A DNA stretch of 64,000 nucleotides from Geosiphon pyriformis uo1 (taxonomy: Eukaryota; Fungi; Glomeromycota): positions 1 through 64,000 of the forward strand of contig JAAOMT010000322.1 in the NCBI GenBank assembly GCA_016748015.1, in the 5' to 3' direction. Position 1 is the first letter of the stretch, and every line of letters starts with the position of its first letter. Both the position numbers and the translations under genes were made by a program. Positions 1 through 13,095 of this stretch are shown piece after piece. A model generated the notes under the pieces. The model did not search any database. It saw nothing but the letters and a program-made list of their open reading frames with translations, and was not told the DNA's origin.

Positions 1-1480
1 TTGTTTTTTATAATAAATATACTCTTATTTAATAAAAAAAGCTTTTTAATTAAATAATATTAATTACAGATTTGTTATATTATAAAATAATATAACCAAA
101 AATAGGCAATATAAACAAAAAACATTTTTATCTTATTAAATTATTTATATAACCAGAAAAAATAAATTAAGTAATTCAAAAAGAAATAAATTAGAAAAAT
201 ATGGAATGTATAAATCAAAAATTGACAAGTTAACAGATCAACAAATCTATAATTAACATAAAAATTTTGAAATAAGTTAAAAATATCTTTATAATATCAA
301 TATAACACTAAATTCCAGATATAAAATAATTGAAAAAGACTTTTTCAACATTTTTTTATTTTGAGATCAAAATTAATTTAAATTCTCTAATTAAAAAATA
401 AGGTTTCAGTAGTCGTATTATTTTTAGATTTTTAGATTTTTAAAGATCAAAAACTGTAATTTTAAACTTAATCATATTAACTAAATTACTTGCATATTTT
501 ATTTGTTTTTTTTTTAAAAATTTAATATTGTTCTTAATTATTATTTGTTATTTAAAGCATTTAAGTTAACTTGGTTTGTAAACAAATATTTAGTTAATAT
601 AAAGAAGTAAACATATTATTATATATGAAAAATTATTAATGTTTTATTTAATTTTTTAAATTTGATTAAAAAATAAGTTATAATTATTTAACATAATACA
701 CATTAAAAAGTTTTTAATAAAATAAAATACTCCATAATCTATATTTATATATAAAAAATTAATAATAATAAAGTATATTGTTTCAAATTAGTATCCATTA
801 TAAAATTAATTTTTATTGGTATTATAATTAATAAATCTTAAGTTTGAATAATTTAAATAATTGCTATAAACAAATGACCTTTCGAAATTGCTAATAGTTA
901 TTCGGATAGCTATAAAAATTTAATACAAAAAGGAATTCTTTTTCACATAAAGAATAAACTTTAGCAACCCTTTTTTGTCTTTAAAAATATAAAGAAATTG
1001 ATTGAAATTAATCTGAATTATTGCTTTACGTTTGAAAGGTATTTTCAATAGTATTTCTTTTGAATAATGGGATTTTAATCACATTCAATAAAAAAAAAGA
1101 AAGATTTGCTATATTTAAATATATATGAGAATATGTTGACATTAAAACATTGTTTGATTGAAAACTTTTACTCTTTTCGAGTCCCTTTATTGAATATTTT
1201 TTACAAGCATTTTTTTATACCATTGAACAGTAAAAAAATTAAAACACCATCTAAAATTTATAACTTTAATTAGCGGAGAAATACAAGTATCTATTCAGCT
1301 TAAGAGCGTTTTATGGTTTTAACTTGTAATAAAAACCTAAACTTTTAAAATTGTAAGTAATTTAATAAATAGATAACTGTTATTTTTTTAACTTTATTTT
1401 GGGGGTTAAAATAGTAGACTATAGAATATTCCGCCAATGAAACCTTCAGACAGTGTGTAATTAGATGAAATGAAGCAAAT

Positions 1481-2135
1481 TTATCTTTTTATAATTTGAA
1501 AAACTTCCTACTCCTCGACAGAAAAATTCACCACTCGATTTTTCTGACCCAGGGATTATAGCATGCTCATAATTAATTGTCTTTTGACAATAGCACCCTC
1601 AAACTCATAATGAGATCTCCAAAATAGGGACCCCAAAGTGTTCCACTAAAAGGTCCATATCCTGTAACAAATTTGCCAAGTATAGCATTTTCAGCATTAT
1701 CATCTCCAAGAGAAAAAATAAAACTTCCTTTTCCATCTAGCCGCTGATCCCGAGAGTGCCAAGATTGTGGGTTAAAGCCGCCAATTATCTGACCAGTTCC
1801 TTTCACTTTGATTACGCTAACTGTTGCTCCTTTATTATCGCATAATCGATGGAGTAAATCGGTCTCGACTGCCTCGAAGTAACAATTTAAAATTATTTCC
1901 AAGTTGATGTTCAAAAGGGCTATTTTTGTTTTTGCCTTGAATCCAATGATCAAGCTGCTTTATATTATGTGATCGAAGAAGCTTTGAATCAATATTTAAT
2001 CGTAATGGCTGAGCGTCTACAGATTTTTGATAACTACCCGGTACGAGATAATGATGTAAAAGAACTTCGTATAAAGTTCCAGTTAAGATTCTCGCAAATG
2101 GTTTTACTTTGTGATAGAAGTCAACTGAAGATATG
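1481..2135 (-). pseudogene. TLDc-domain protein pseudogene (3' part of a BTB/BACK-TLDc-type gene)
   Basis: Motifs ISSVDFYHKVKPF, FKLLLRGSRD, HRLCDNKGATV, IIGGFNPQSW, SFIFS, GPYFG and terminal FSVEE*EVFQIIKR* are spread over several frames (frameshifts near 1850, 1600, 1520; in-frame TAG). The 5' part is missing. Confidence 0.85.
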
Positions 2136-2720
2136 TTATTATTTAGCCACCCAATTTTTAGAATTAATAACTCAATCATTGACTTAATCATTGACCGAAT
2201 CATTAATATAATCACTGACCTTATCATTGAGACATTCCAAAACTATAAAAAAATATCTTTTAGACCGACAAGAATAAATGCCAATTTTGAATGAGAATTT
2301 GGTAAAAATTTTGCTTATACATTCATATACATATATTTTTTAATTCAAATTCCCATTTATTTAATCCTGTTGTTATGGCAGATAAAGCTATTTGACATTC
2401 CTGCAACAGTTAACGGCTCATCACTTCCCATATCTTATGAAAATTGAGATATTTGTGATTATAAGGTTGACTCGTTGTTTTGTGACAAATCAAAAATTTC
2501 AAATAAAAAATTGTTTAAGGGAACAATATAACAGCAATAAGATAAAGTCCATGAAAAATTTGGAAGACCAAAGAATTACTAGAGCTTGCCGAAAATCTGT
2601 CACGGCTACTTTTCAATGTCAAGCTCATGTTTGATTGGTAGTTTTTGAGATTTGAATTCCACCATAAATTTTTTGAAATTAAATAGCGTATCATTGTTAA
2701 ATAACGTTATAACATTTTCT

Positions 2721-2743
2721 ATTTCATTCATTCATTCATTCAT

Positions 2744-2782
<39 letters not shown>

Positions 2783-2785
2783 TTA
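2721..2785. repeat. Compound (ATTC)n(ATTT)n microsatellite
   Basis: Directly visible. Confidence 0.9.
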
Positions 2786-3717
2786 CCCTTATAACGTGAA
2801 TTGGCTATTGTTGCTAGAGTAAAATGATATAACTCAATTTATCGTTTTTGGTTGAATAAAGTTACTATTATCAATATTCATTTTCAATTGCATGAAAAAA
2901 AGGTACACTCTATGTGATCTATTGTAAATTGATATGCTATCTGGTTTGTGTGTTTATCGAAAAACCTTTTTCGATTTCATAAGGGGATTTTAATATTAGA
3001 TTTTGTAAAATGCAACTCATTTAGTAACAAACTTTGTATTTGAAAAAGTTATTTGCACATAATAAAAAATTTTTGAGCTTTAATTTAATTTGTAAATTAA
3101 GAAAAATGTTTAAATTTTTATTATGCATGAATAGAGATAATACCTTTTAAAATTGATATACCCAAATATTTAGTTTTTTATTCAATTAATTTGATTAAAT
3201 ATTGATACGAATCAAAAAAAGTTCTTTTTTTTAGTAAATGATTGTTGTTTGATAATAATCTCGAGATTAGTCTTTTTATGTTTAAAAAAAAAACTATTTA
3301 AAATTAACTTGCAAATTCATGAGATATTGAATTTCATTTTTTTGAAAATTGTTACCAAGAAAGTTTGCAATAAATAATTTCTGAACTCTTGTTGCTTTGA
3401 TTACTAAATCATGAAAATTTTATATAGATATCATTAAATAATCATTAATTTATTTTTATATTAAAAAAATAATTAGGGAGTTTTCGTTTATGATACCATC
3501 ATTTTCAATATATAAAAATATATCATATAATGTAATTAATTAATTAAGATTTTTGGTTTATTTCACAAAACTAGACTATTTCCAGCTAAAATCAAAATCA
3601 AATAAATAAGTTATGTTCAGAAATTATATATTAATTAAGAATAAGCATAAAAAAATCTGAAATTTTTCAAAAATACTCCGAAATAATAACTTGAAACTTC
3701 AAAATATATTCTGATCA

Positions 3718-3870
3718 CTAATACATTATATAATCCTCTCTGGCTTCAATTAATGCCTCAATTTTTTATACTATGGACAAGATTTGCAGCAAGTTCATCA
3801 GATACTTTTTTGCTAATTGCACTTTTAATTTAATTTTTATCAATCTCAAAACGTTTTCAATCGGATTTTG
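3718..3870 (-). mobile_element. Tc1-family transposase C-terminal relic
   Basis: Minus strand reads NPIENVLRLIK (cf. Tc1 SPDLNPIENxW), then in shifted frames NLVHSI..IEALIEAREDYIMY* (cf. LVESMPRRIEAVIKAKGGxTKY*). Confidence 0.6.
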
Positions 3871-4024
3871 GTGAAATTGTAATGGTATTGCATATATGAA
3901 GAATTTACTAGGTAAAAAGCCCAGAAATTAGTATCTTTGTTTAAAATAAAAAGTTTAATAATATTAATATATATTTAAAATCTGTTTAACAAGTCTTGAT
4001 CTCACTATTTTGCCATTAATCTGA

Positions 4025-4216
4025 GTAGAATAGCTCAGTTTATTATTGAACACATTTGAACTAAATCAAGTAATAAGTCATTGAACTTTTTTCAGATTGT
4101 TCAACAGTACTGTTGGCAGGCCATCAGTGTAAACTCTTGGTAGAATGGCTCAGTTTATTACTAAACACATTTGGATGGTTATTGAGCCAGGCCAAATAAT
4201 AAGTCACCAAGCTTTG
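4025..4216 (+). repeat. Degenerate direct repeat, two copies ~115 bp apart
   Basis: GTAGAAT(A/G)GCTCAGTTTATTA..AACACATTTG...TAATAAGTCA at ~4025 and ~4140. Confidence 0.7.
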
Positions 4217-5188
4217 TCCAATCTGCTATAGCATTTAAGTATATATTATGTTAATTAAAATATTTAAAACTTGATTTTTATCTAAAACTCGTTAAACAAA
4301 AAACTTAATTGCAAATAACATTGTTAAAATGGGTTTTTTTGTCTTTATTATACAAATCATTTTATATGCAAACTAATATACTTTTCTCAGCTCAAATACA
4401 TTATTAACAAATCTGAAAAAATTATTTATTTTAATAGTATAAAAAAAATAAAATAAGGTTTTACAAGATAGATTATTTGCTTAATATATTTAGTTTATAT
4501 TATTTAAAAAATATAACACAACTAATATAATTTTATGTTTTAGTCGGTACTTTTAAAAATTCAATAATAAATATTATTTGAACGTTTTAGTAATTATTTA
4601 TTTAAATAATAATTTTTAAAAGCTAATAATATACAAATTTATGAATTTTTAGATTAAAAAGTGTAAAAAAAATTGAATTATTGTATTAAAGAAATTAATC
4701 TTTGTAACTAATTGTTATTAGAACTGATAAAAAATTAATAATTTTTTAAGAAAAAAACAATTAATTAGATTAATAATTAAATTAATAATTTAGTTAATAA
4801 TTAAGTTAATAATTAGACTAATGATCAAGTTATTGATTAAGTCGGTAATTATATTAATAACTAATTTTAAAAATAAGATGATTAAATAATAAATAAAAAT
4901 AAAAAAAAAATTAAACTGCAATAAAAATGTTAAAAATGTTTTTAGTATGTTTAATAAAATTTCTAATATCAAATTAAAGTTTTTTAATTTTGTAACAATA
5001 TGTTATTATTTATTTTAACTATTGTTTTTTGGCTATATTGCTATTAAAATTAATAATATATTTGAAAAACAAAAACTTCTTTCTCTCTTACCTCCAAAAA
5101 TCCTCAAAAAGCACATTTTTTGAAAAAGAAGTTTTTAATCTCTCTTGTTAGTTCATTTCATCATTTCTTTAACTAATAACCCCTTTGT

Positions 5189-7094
5189 TATGGATTTGGA
5201 GGCTGCCTCTGGCAGCAATATGTCTAAAAAGAAGGCTCTTAGAGGTGCTCTCCATGGTCCTGCTGGTGGTTCATTCTCGCAAAAGAAAAAAGTTGTGATT
5301 GGGAATGTCAAACACTCGGGTGATGAAAAAAATATCTCTTTGAACAAGTCTGATTCTGGCGGCAATGTGTTTTCTGATGTAGACAGTCTTTCCAGTGATG
5401 ATGATGATGCCAGTATGTCTGGTTTCTATGGTGGGTCCCCTCTCAGTTCAGCTGCTAATACTCCTAAAGCAAAGCGTGTCGACACTGGTGCTGTATTTGG
5501 ATCCCCACTTAAATCTCCCAACTTTGCAATGGATAATGTTGAAGTTGTTCTCCCTTTTCGTGTACCTATTTCTCTGGATAGAAAATGGATGGACCCAAAG
5601 ATTATCAAAGTTCTTGTGGAAGTATCAGTTAAGAAATCATTTGCTTTGAATATTAATCTTTTGGCAGTGGAGGGCAAATTGGCAATGGCAAAAACTCAAG
5701 TAATCAGGAAAATTTTTTCTTCGGTCAATAGTTTTGGGGGGGCCACTACCCCCTCAAAGTTTGAAGAGATCATCTGATTGACATTTATTTCAGAAGAGAG
5801 CATGGAAGTGGCCACATTATTGGCCAGAGAAAAAGGAATTGTTGTAAACACCAATCTCAAGAAACAAGAAATGTGTTCAGATCAGGCTGTGGTGTTAAAA
5901 AAAATTCCCATGGACACACCGAAGGATATGATTGTCGCCACAGTATCTGAATTTGGAGAAATTAAGTCAATCAGAATTCAGTTGATCAGAATGTGGCAGA
6001 AGGCTGTGGTGGAGTTCGCCAAATCTAGTCAAGCTGATCAGTTAGCCTCAAAGTGGTCATTCCTAATCAGAAAAAACTCAGTGCGTGTTGCCAGAGCTGT
6101 GGAAGATCGTAATGTCTGGGCATCAAGGAATCACTATAAAGCACTTCTGTTTACTTTGCTGGTGGGGACAACTGCACATGATCTTGGTACTCTTTTGGAT
6201 AAAGTTGGTGAGAAAACTTGTGTTATTAATCGCTCATTGGAAACTGACAATAGGTTTCATTGTACTGTGGTGTGTTTTGAATCCACTGATGATTTGAATT
6301 CGGCTTTTCTTACTGAGCCTATTCTTGGTGGTGTTCGGCTTTTATGGGCCAGGTTTGACTTGATTCGTTATGGGAAGTGTGGGCGTCTTGGTCATTCGAC
6401 TTTTGAATGTGATGTTTCAAATGTGTTACCTCCCGAGTTCCTGTCTTTGTCTAGAAAACCTGCCTCCAATGCCAATTGTCTCCAGCTGGCCAGGCTGTAC
6501 GCGAAAAAAAATGTTCCTATCTCTCGCCCTGCTGCTTTTGGTGGCAAGTCATGGGCCCAAGTGGTGTCTCTTGCATCCTCTTCTGGTGGTTCCTCTTTTG
6601 GTTCTGGTTTTGGTTCTGGTTTTGGTTTTGGTTTTGGTTTTGGTTCTGGTGCCTTCTCTCTTAGCATTTCTGATTTAGGTGGTGGTCTTCCTCTGTTGAC
6701 AAATAACAACTCTTCTTTGAATGCCCATTTGGTGTCTTTGGAACATTCCTTGGAGCTCCTACATGATTAGGTCTCTGGTATTTTGTGCAAACTCAGCAGT
6801 ATGAATCTGGTGCCTTTGGTCCCCTCTCCTTCTTCTTTAAGTATTTTGGATGTTCCAGCAGTTACCAGTTTTGATATAATTTTGGATGATACCTCACATG
6901 ATTTTGTGGTGGCACTTTTGCTTCCTCTCGTTGGTTCAGATTTGAGTTCGAGTAGTTCAAAAGTTTTGACCTCTAAGGTGGGTTCTCTGGAATCCAAGTT
7001 GGTGGCTCTCGATGCTTCTGTTGGTGCGATTCTGAGGAAGTTAGATCAGTTGTGTACTAGTTCGGGTTTTCAGGCATCTTCTTTTTCCCAATGA
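5189..7094 (+). pseudogene. LINE ORF1 (nucleic-acid-binding protein with degenerate CCHC knuckle)
   Basis: One reading frame broken by TGA (5775) and TAG (6768); knuckle YGKCGRLGHSTFEC (first Cys lost); C-terminal coiled-coil-like segment. Confidence 0.85.
6587..6650 (+). repeat. GGTT(C/T)T hexamer expansion encoding a G-S/G-F tract in ORF1
   Basis: Directly visible. Confidence 0.85.
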
Positions 7095-10000
7095 TTGACC
7101 TGGTTTGGAAAGTGGCTATGTGCAATGTAAAGGGCATGAACAATCCTGCCAAGCAGGAAAATATTGTTCAATGGCACAAAAATATGAGTAACATGATTTC
7201 TGTGGTTACTGAAACAAAGTTGAAAGGAAAGTCCGTCCTTGGATTATGAACAAATTTGATGGTGTTCAGGTGTTTATCTCTGGTTTAAAGTCTGGTTATT
7301 TGGGTGCAGGAGTTGCTATAATTATAGATGTTTCTCTGGCAAAGCATGTGTGCAAGATTTTTGAGGTGCCCGGCTGGCTCATCTCTGTGAAATTGCTTTT
7401 CAAAAATAAACTTTCAGTGACAATTTTGGGCTTATATGCAGGTGTCACCTTGGAAAAGAGACTGGTTCACTCTTATGTTGTCAATTCAATGGTGGCTGAG
7501 GCTTTAAATGGCAGTATTTTTGTTGTTCTTGGTGGTGACTTTAACGAAAATGATTCTGGCCATAGTGCGAGCTTCAAGAAATGTCTGAATTTGGGTTTGT
7601 TTGATTCTTTACATGGTTTTTTTTTGCACAGGATTCTCATATGGTCCAATTCAAGGGGTGTTCATAAGTGCATAGACTTTATATTAGTTAGTGATGGTCT
7701 TCACAATTCTTCTTTTAACCAGTGTGTGTTATGTTCGGCCAAATTTTTTGATTCTGACCACTTGGCCATGTTGGTGGACATTGGTTTGGAGGGCTTTCTC
7801 AGTTCTCAGCTTAATTTGATATGCAGGCAGGCCATGAGAAAAAAATGGAAATACAGAGTTAGTGATATCAGTGGCGAGATCTGGAAAAAGTTTGAGGACA
7901 CATTGTTGGCTGCTGCTTCAAAGGCTGTAGGTGATTTTGAACTCCATGGCTCTAATGGTGATATCAACGGAATATGGACACTTCTTTGTCTAATAGTGTG
8001 CTCTGCAACAGAGGCCACTTTCATGAAAACACAGTCCAGGAATGTTGGATTGGTCAAAACAGCTACATCTTCTAGGTTTCACAGGTTAGAAATTTTGGTT
8101 GCAAAAATTTTGGATGCTTACAAAACAGGCAATATAGTTAGATTTCAGTTTTTGGTTGATAAGTGGGTCGATTTGGACTTTGACTAGACTGTAATATTCA
8201 AGAGTTCCTTAGGTGATGGTCATAACAGAGTATTGGTTGAACAATCACTAGCAAGTTTTAGGAAATTGTATAGGTCTCACAAGTTTTTGGAATCTAAGGC
8301 TTTCGAGGACTCACAAATCCAGACAGCTATTAAAAAGCATATGGAAGCTTTTGTAGACAACAAAGGTCAAATGATCAGGAGTGTGTTAGAGAAGCCTTTC
8401 AGAAAAGTTATGCTAGACCATCTGGTTGATAATGAAGATTTGATATTGGAGCCTGATTTGGTCAAGGGCAGGGTGGATTCGATTATAAAAAATTGGACCA
8501 GGAAACGTGCAGTTAAACTTTCAATGCCTTCCTGATGATGAGAACAATTTTCTCCTCTTGATCATGTTGATAATGGTGCATTCTTTGGCATGATGAAGCA
8601 AATTGATTTTGGTGAATTTTTGTTGGTGGTAAAAAATCTTCCGGATGGCAAAGCTGCTGGTTTGTCTGGTATCTCTAACGAGATGTGGAAACACTGTGAT
8701 GAGTCTGTTCTGGTCCTTCTTTTGCACCTGCTCAACTTATGCTTGGTGTATGAATCTGTTCCAGATGTCTGGAGAGAGGCTTGGGTATCCATAATTCCAA
8801 AACCTTATGAGTGAGATGGAGTTCTGACAAACACCAGACCAATTGCTCTCATTGAGACCTCTAGGAAGATTTTTTCTAAAATTCTATCTGATCGCATTTC
8901 GAAAGCCTGCAGCACACACAACGTTCTGCGTGGAGACAATTTTTCAGTGCTGAAAGGCACTTCCACTCAGTCCCCTATCTTTGTTGTTGAATCTGTTATA
9001 GAAAATGCTTTGGAAAAAGGTAGGGAACTTTGGTTGGTACTTCAGGACATGTGCAAAGCTTATGACTTGTTGGGTTGGTCACATTTGAAAGGTAGTCTGA
9101 AGAAAATTAAGATGTGTGAAAAATTCATCAGGTTTTTTGGTAGTATTCACAATGGTCATATGAACAGAGTTATGACAGACTTTGGTCTGTTTGAGAGCTA
9201 CAAAGTACATGATAGTCTAGACCAGGGTGAAGTTTTTTTTCCTCTTTTGTGGAGGATTTTTTATGATCCTCTTTTGTGCGAAGTGAAGAAACATGAGTCA
9301 GTTTTTGGATATTGAGTTGATTCCAAATTTGTAGCCAGGATGGGCAGAATTGAATCAAACACTAGTTTGACTTCTTATTTGTTTGCTGGTGCTTTCGTGG
9401 ACAATACCATTTGGGTTGACAATTGTCTTACAGTGATGCAGAATATTTTGAACATTGCTTGTGAATTTTTTGGGTTAATAGATATATCAATTAATACTGA
9501 GAAGACAATTGCCATTCCTATTAATCCAAGATCTAGTAACATCTCCTTGGAAGTGAGCGGGTCTCCAATTTCAATCACAAAGACTGGCAAAGCTTATTGG
9601 TATTTAAGTATCTTTCTGTTGACCAAAGGTCTTTTTGGTCTGAGTCTAAAGAAGGCAAATTCAGATGTCAAGTTTTTCTCATTCATGGTTTTGCACAAAG
9701 CTATCACAGACAAGCAGTTCTCTTATTTGGTGTCAGCTGTTTTACAGCCCATAATAGAATATAGGACTCAATTCAGTTTTGTCAGTAGGAGCACATGTGA
9801 GAAATAAGACCATGTAATTAGAAAGAGATTGAAGTCTAAGGCCAGTCTGCCTAGAGACTTTCCTAATGAGGCAGTGCATCATCCTTCCTTGTACAATTTG
9901 AAGCCCTTTGAGCAAGTTCAGACAGAAGCAAAAGTCTCATCAGCGTTACAGTTTGCTAATGATGGTAGAGTATTGGGCTGACTGTTCAGACATAGGTCAA

Positions 10001-11778
10001 TGAACTTGCAAGTTTTAAGCTGGATTCCTCGAAACCCTCTTTGATCTCCTGTAAAGTTAATGGTCAACCCATTAAACAATTTTCTGGCTGGTGTCACAAA
10101 AATTTTTCTACGTAATAAAGTTTCCCTAGCTAATAGTTTACTCAATGCTTTTTATCTCAAGAGAGATTTTTCTGTTCTGGATATTTTGGGCCAGACAATG
10201 TATCTCCAGGTTTGCAGATTGCTGAAGCATTTCGGGATCATGTTTGCAAACCAATTGCTAAACAGTCATGGGAAATGTTTTGATTGGAAGAATTTTCACC
10301 ATTGGAAGCATTTGGATCCCAAAGGCCCAGTTCCCTTGTGGTTTACACTGATTTCGGGTTTTGTCAAGGATGGTGGTTTGGTTAAGGGTGCATCTCTCAC
10401 TGTTGAGTCTCCTCTTAAATTGGACGTTTTGAATACGAACCACTTTAGTTTTGTCCATTCTAGTCTGAAAGATGCTTCTTTGCCAGTGATTTCAGTTTAT
10501 ACTGATGGTTCTGTTAAAAACTTTGGTACTTTTGATGCTGTCAAAGGGACTGCCACATATTTTTCTGATCTGGGTTTGCATGTAAGTGTGGAGATTTACG
10601 GTCTGTTGTCATCTACCCTAGCTGAAATGCAGGCTATTGTGTTGGTGCTTAAGTGCGTTCTGGCTTTTTCAGATGTTATAGTTCTCTCTGACAGCCAGGC
10701 CTTTTTGGATGCTTGTCAGGCTGAATTGAGTTTGGTGGCTCCGGATTTCCGCAACAGATGCTAGGTTGAGTGCTGTCATATCGCCAATTTGGTCAAATGT
10801 AAAAACATTTCTGTCGTCTGGGTAAAGGTAAAGGGTCACTCTGGTGTGTTAAGTAATGAGCGTGCTGATTGTTTGGCTGATACAGCCACGTCATCGGAAC
10901 TTTTTCTCCCAGCAAACATCAAAGAAAATTTTTTATTGGCAGATAGTAGAGTGATTTCCAGCAAGGCATGCCGCTTTATTAGGATAGCAAATAATACTGT
11001 TAGGCATTTCCAATGGGAATTTGGACCTGGTTTGAGCGTCGTGAATTCTTTATAGATTGGGGACATAAATTGGTTTTGTACTACGTTGGTCTGGCACCCT
11101 GATTCTCACATGTTAGCTGGATATACAAGCAGAACCACTGCCAGTTTGCACACATATTTGATGAAAGCTTTATACAGAAAGCTGCCAGTGGCTGTTAGGA
11201 AGCATTTGTATAATTGAAATTATCCTAGTGTATCATGTATACATTGCTGGGAGGTGGAATTTTCTGATCATAGTTTTACTTGTTGCTTGGATTTTTTGAC
11301 GCATCAGGGCATCTTGTGTGAGCACTCCTCTCTTTGAAGATCTCTTACTGGGGCTACTTTGTCATTGTCTGCGATTCTGCAGTTTCTGGCTTCTTCTGTT
11401 TCCGATGATGATCTGTATACAGCTTTGTACAAGGGTTTAGTATTGGATGATTGGTTAACAGAGGCTAAGACATTTTTTGTGGATTCTAAGCTTGCGATGT
11501 CTAGTCTGGTCGAGTTCATTTGGAGTCTGGTTGTTGGCCATAGGAAGCGGATTTGGATACCCAATTCGAAACTTCGAGCGGAAATGGAGCAGCGTGGATC
11601 ATTGAGTGTGAATGAATCTTTATATAATATTGTCTGAGGTCTCTCTGCTAGAATTTCAGGTGGTGTTGCTCATTTATTGGAAATAGGTAGGGGTCACATG
11701 ATCAGCTTTGGCTTGAGTAGTAGCCGTTTGTTTTTCACTAGTGCTGCTGGTGAAGTTATGATAAATATAGTTGCATAG
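7091..11778 (+). pseudogene. LINE ORF2: APE endonuclease - reverse transcriptase - RNase H - C-terminal Cys/His motif
   Basis: EN: CNVKG, TETK, GGDFN, IDFI, SDH. RT: RPIALIE, QDMCKAYD, DQGE, AFVDN (catalytic DD changed to DN). RNase H: VYTDGS, AEMQAI, SDSQ, KVKGHSG..NERAD. CIHC..H..C near 11235. One frameshift near 7230 and many stops. Confidence 0.93.
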
Positions 11779-11981
11779 TGTAGCCTTGATTGGCCGAGTG
11801 GCTAGTCACATGTAGCAAGAGCATGAATCACATTTAATTTAGAACTTTAGATAGTTGTATTGTATTAGATAGTGATTAGGCTTCACTTGTTAAACTTAAA
11901 TAAAAAAATATATATATTTGTCTAAATTCATAATCAAATGTAATTTATTTTTTAATTACTTAATTCTAATTGTTATTAAAG

Positions 11982-12012
<31 letters not shown>

Positions 12013-13095
12013 TTAAAGTTTTAAAAAAAAATTATTTTCACAATTTTTAAAACTGGTATTTTTAAAAAAAAAAACTGTATTAAAAAATTTTTAAATATTT
12101 TTTTGGTTTTTATTTGTAAAACTGTTCTTTCTGATTTTTTAAAATCTTTTTTAATATTAATAAAATAATAATAATTATTAATAAAACAGTTGTTATTTTT
12201 ATTAAATGTCCAAAAAGGTTGTTTTTTGTATACATAAATATAAAATTAATTAATTAAAATTACAATATCCAAAAAAAATTTAATAAAAAAATTGTAATTT
12301 ATTGGTTTAAGCAATTGGATTTAAATTTAATAACTTTACACAAATTTTCCAATAGTTATAATTAAATTTAGCTAATAAACTTAACTCTTAGTTTTATTTT
12401 TAAAAAGAAGTGCTAAAAAAAATATAAGAAATATTATGTTGTTAATTAGAAAATAAAAAACCTAATTACTTAATATCATTAAAATATCTTTTATTGCATA
12501 ATTGTATCATATTTTTTGAAGGAAATTTCTTGGGAAAAAATATATTTGAAATTTTTTCCTTTATATTCATGCATATTATTTATTTTAAAAAAATTTTATA
12601 ATCTTAATTTCATCTTAAATTCAAAAATTTAACTAAACGATATTTAGTTAAATGTTTTACTTTTAATGAAAGAAATCACACCTGAAATATATATCAAGAA
12701 ATTAAAAAATTTTTATTGTTTATTTTCAAATTTTTTTAATTCAATTTTTACTTAAAAATAATTTGGATAATTACTAAATAAAACAGATATTTACTCTTCA
12801 TTTTATTATATGTGCAACAAATTTCAAATGTATTTAGAAATTTTACATTTGAAATTATCTATAAATTCATTAAAAACTCGCTCTTTCAAAATCAAAATCA
12901 ACTATGAGAATACTCTTTATAATAAATTAACAAAATATGTATTGATATGAATGTAATAAATATTTTAACTAATATAATATAAATTTTGAATTACAAGAAA
13001 AGCTATCTAAAATATGTCCCTTATGAAAAGTAATAAAATTAATCTTATTGTAGAGTTAACATGCATATTAATGGAAAATAAAGATCCCCGATCAA

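Larger units (their letters stand above)
2136..4892. mobile_element. Possible degenerate TIR element that truncates the TLDc gene
   Basis: 2136-2166 matches the reverse complement of 4862-4892 at 25/31 nt. Both ends continue inward with ~12-bp AATCATTGACTT-like repeats. The sequence is AT-rich and no TSD was identified. Confidence 0.35.
5065..11911 (+). mobile_element. Near full-length non-LTR retrotransposon (LINE, APE-RT-RNaseH type), inactivated; copy 1
   Basis: ORF1 and ORF2 in tandem; 3' AATAAA/A-rich tail at ~11899-11908; candidate TSD ATATATTTG at 5056-5064 and 11912-11920 (low complexity). Confidence 0.9.

Noticed and set aside
6587-6650. Telomere-like (GGTTTT)n
   Set aside because: In-frame coding expansion inside LINE ORF1, mixed with GGTTCT; not TTAGGG and not terminal
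5153-11564. Antisense and alternate-frame ORFs over the LINE (e.g. 6392-6709 PKPE repeat)
   Set aside because: Shadows of ORF1/ORF2 with no independent motifs
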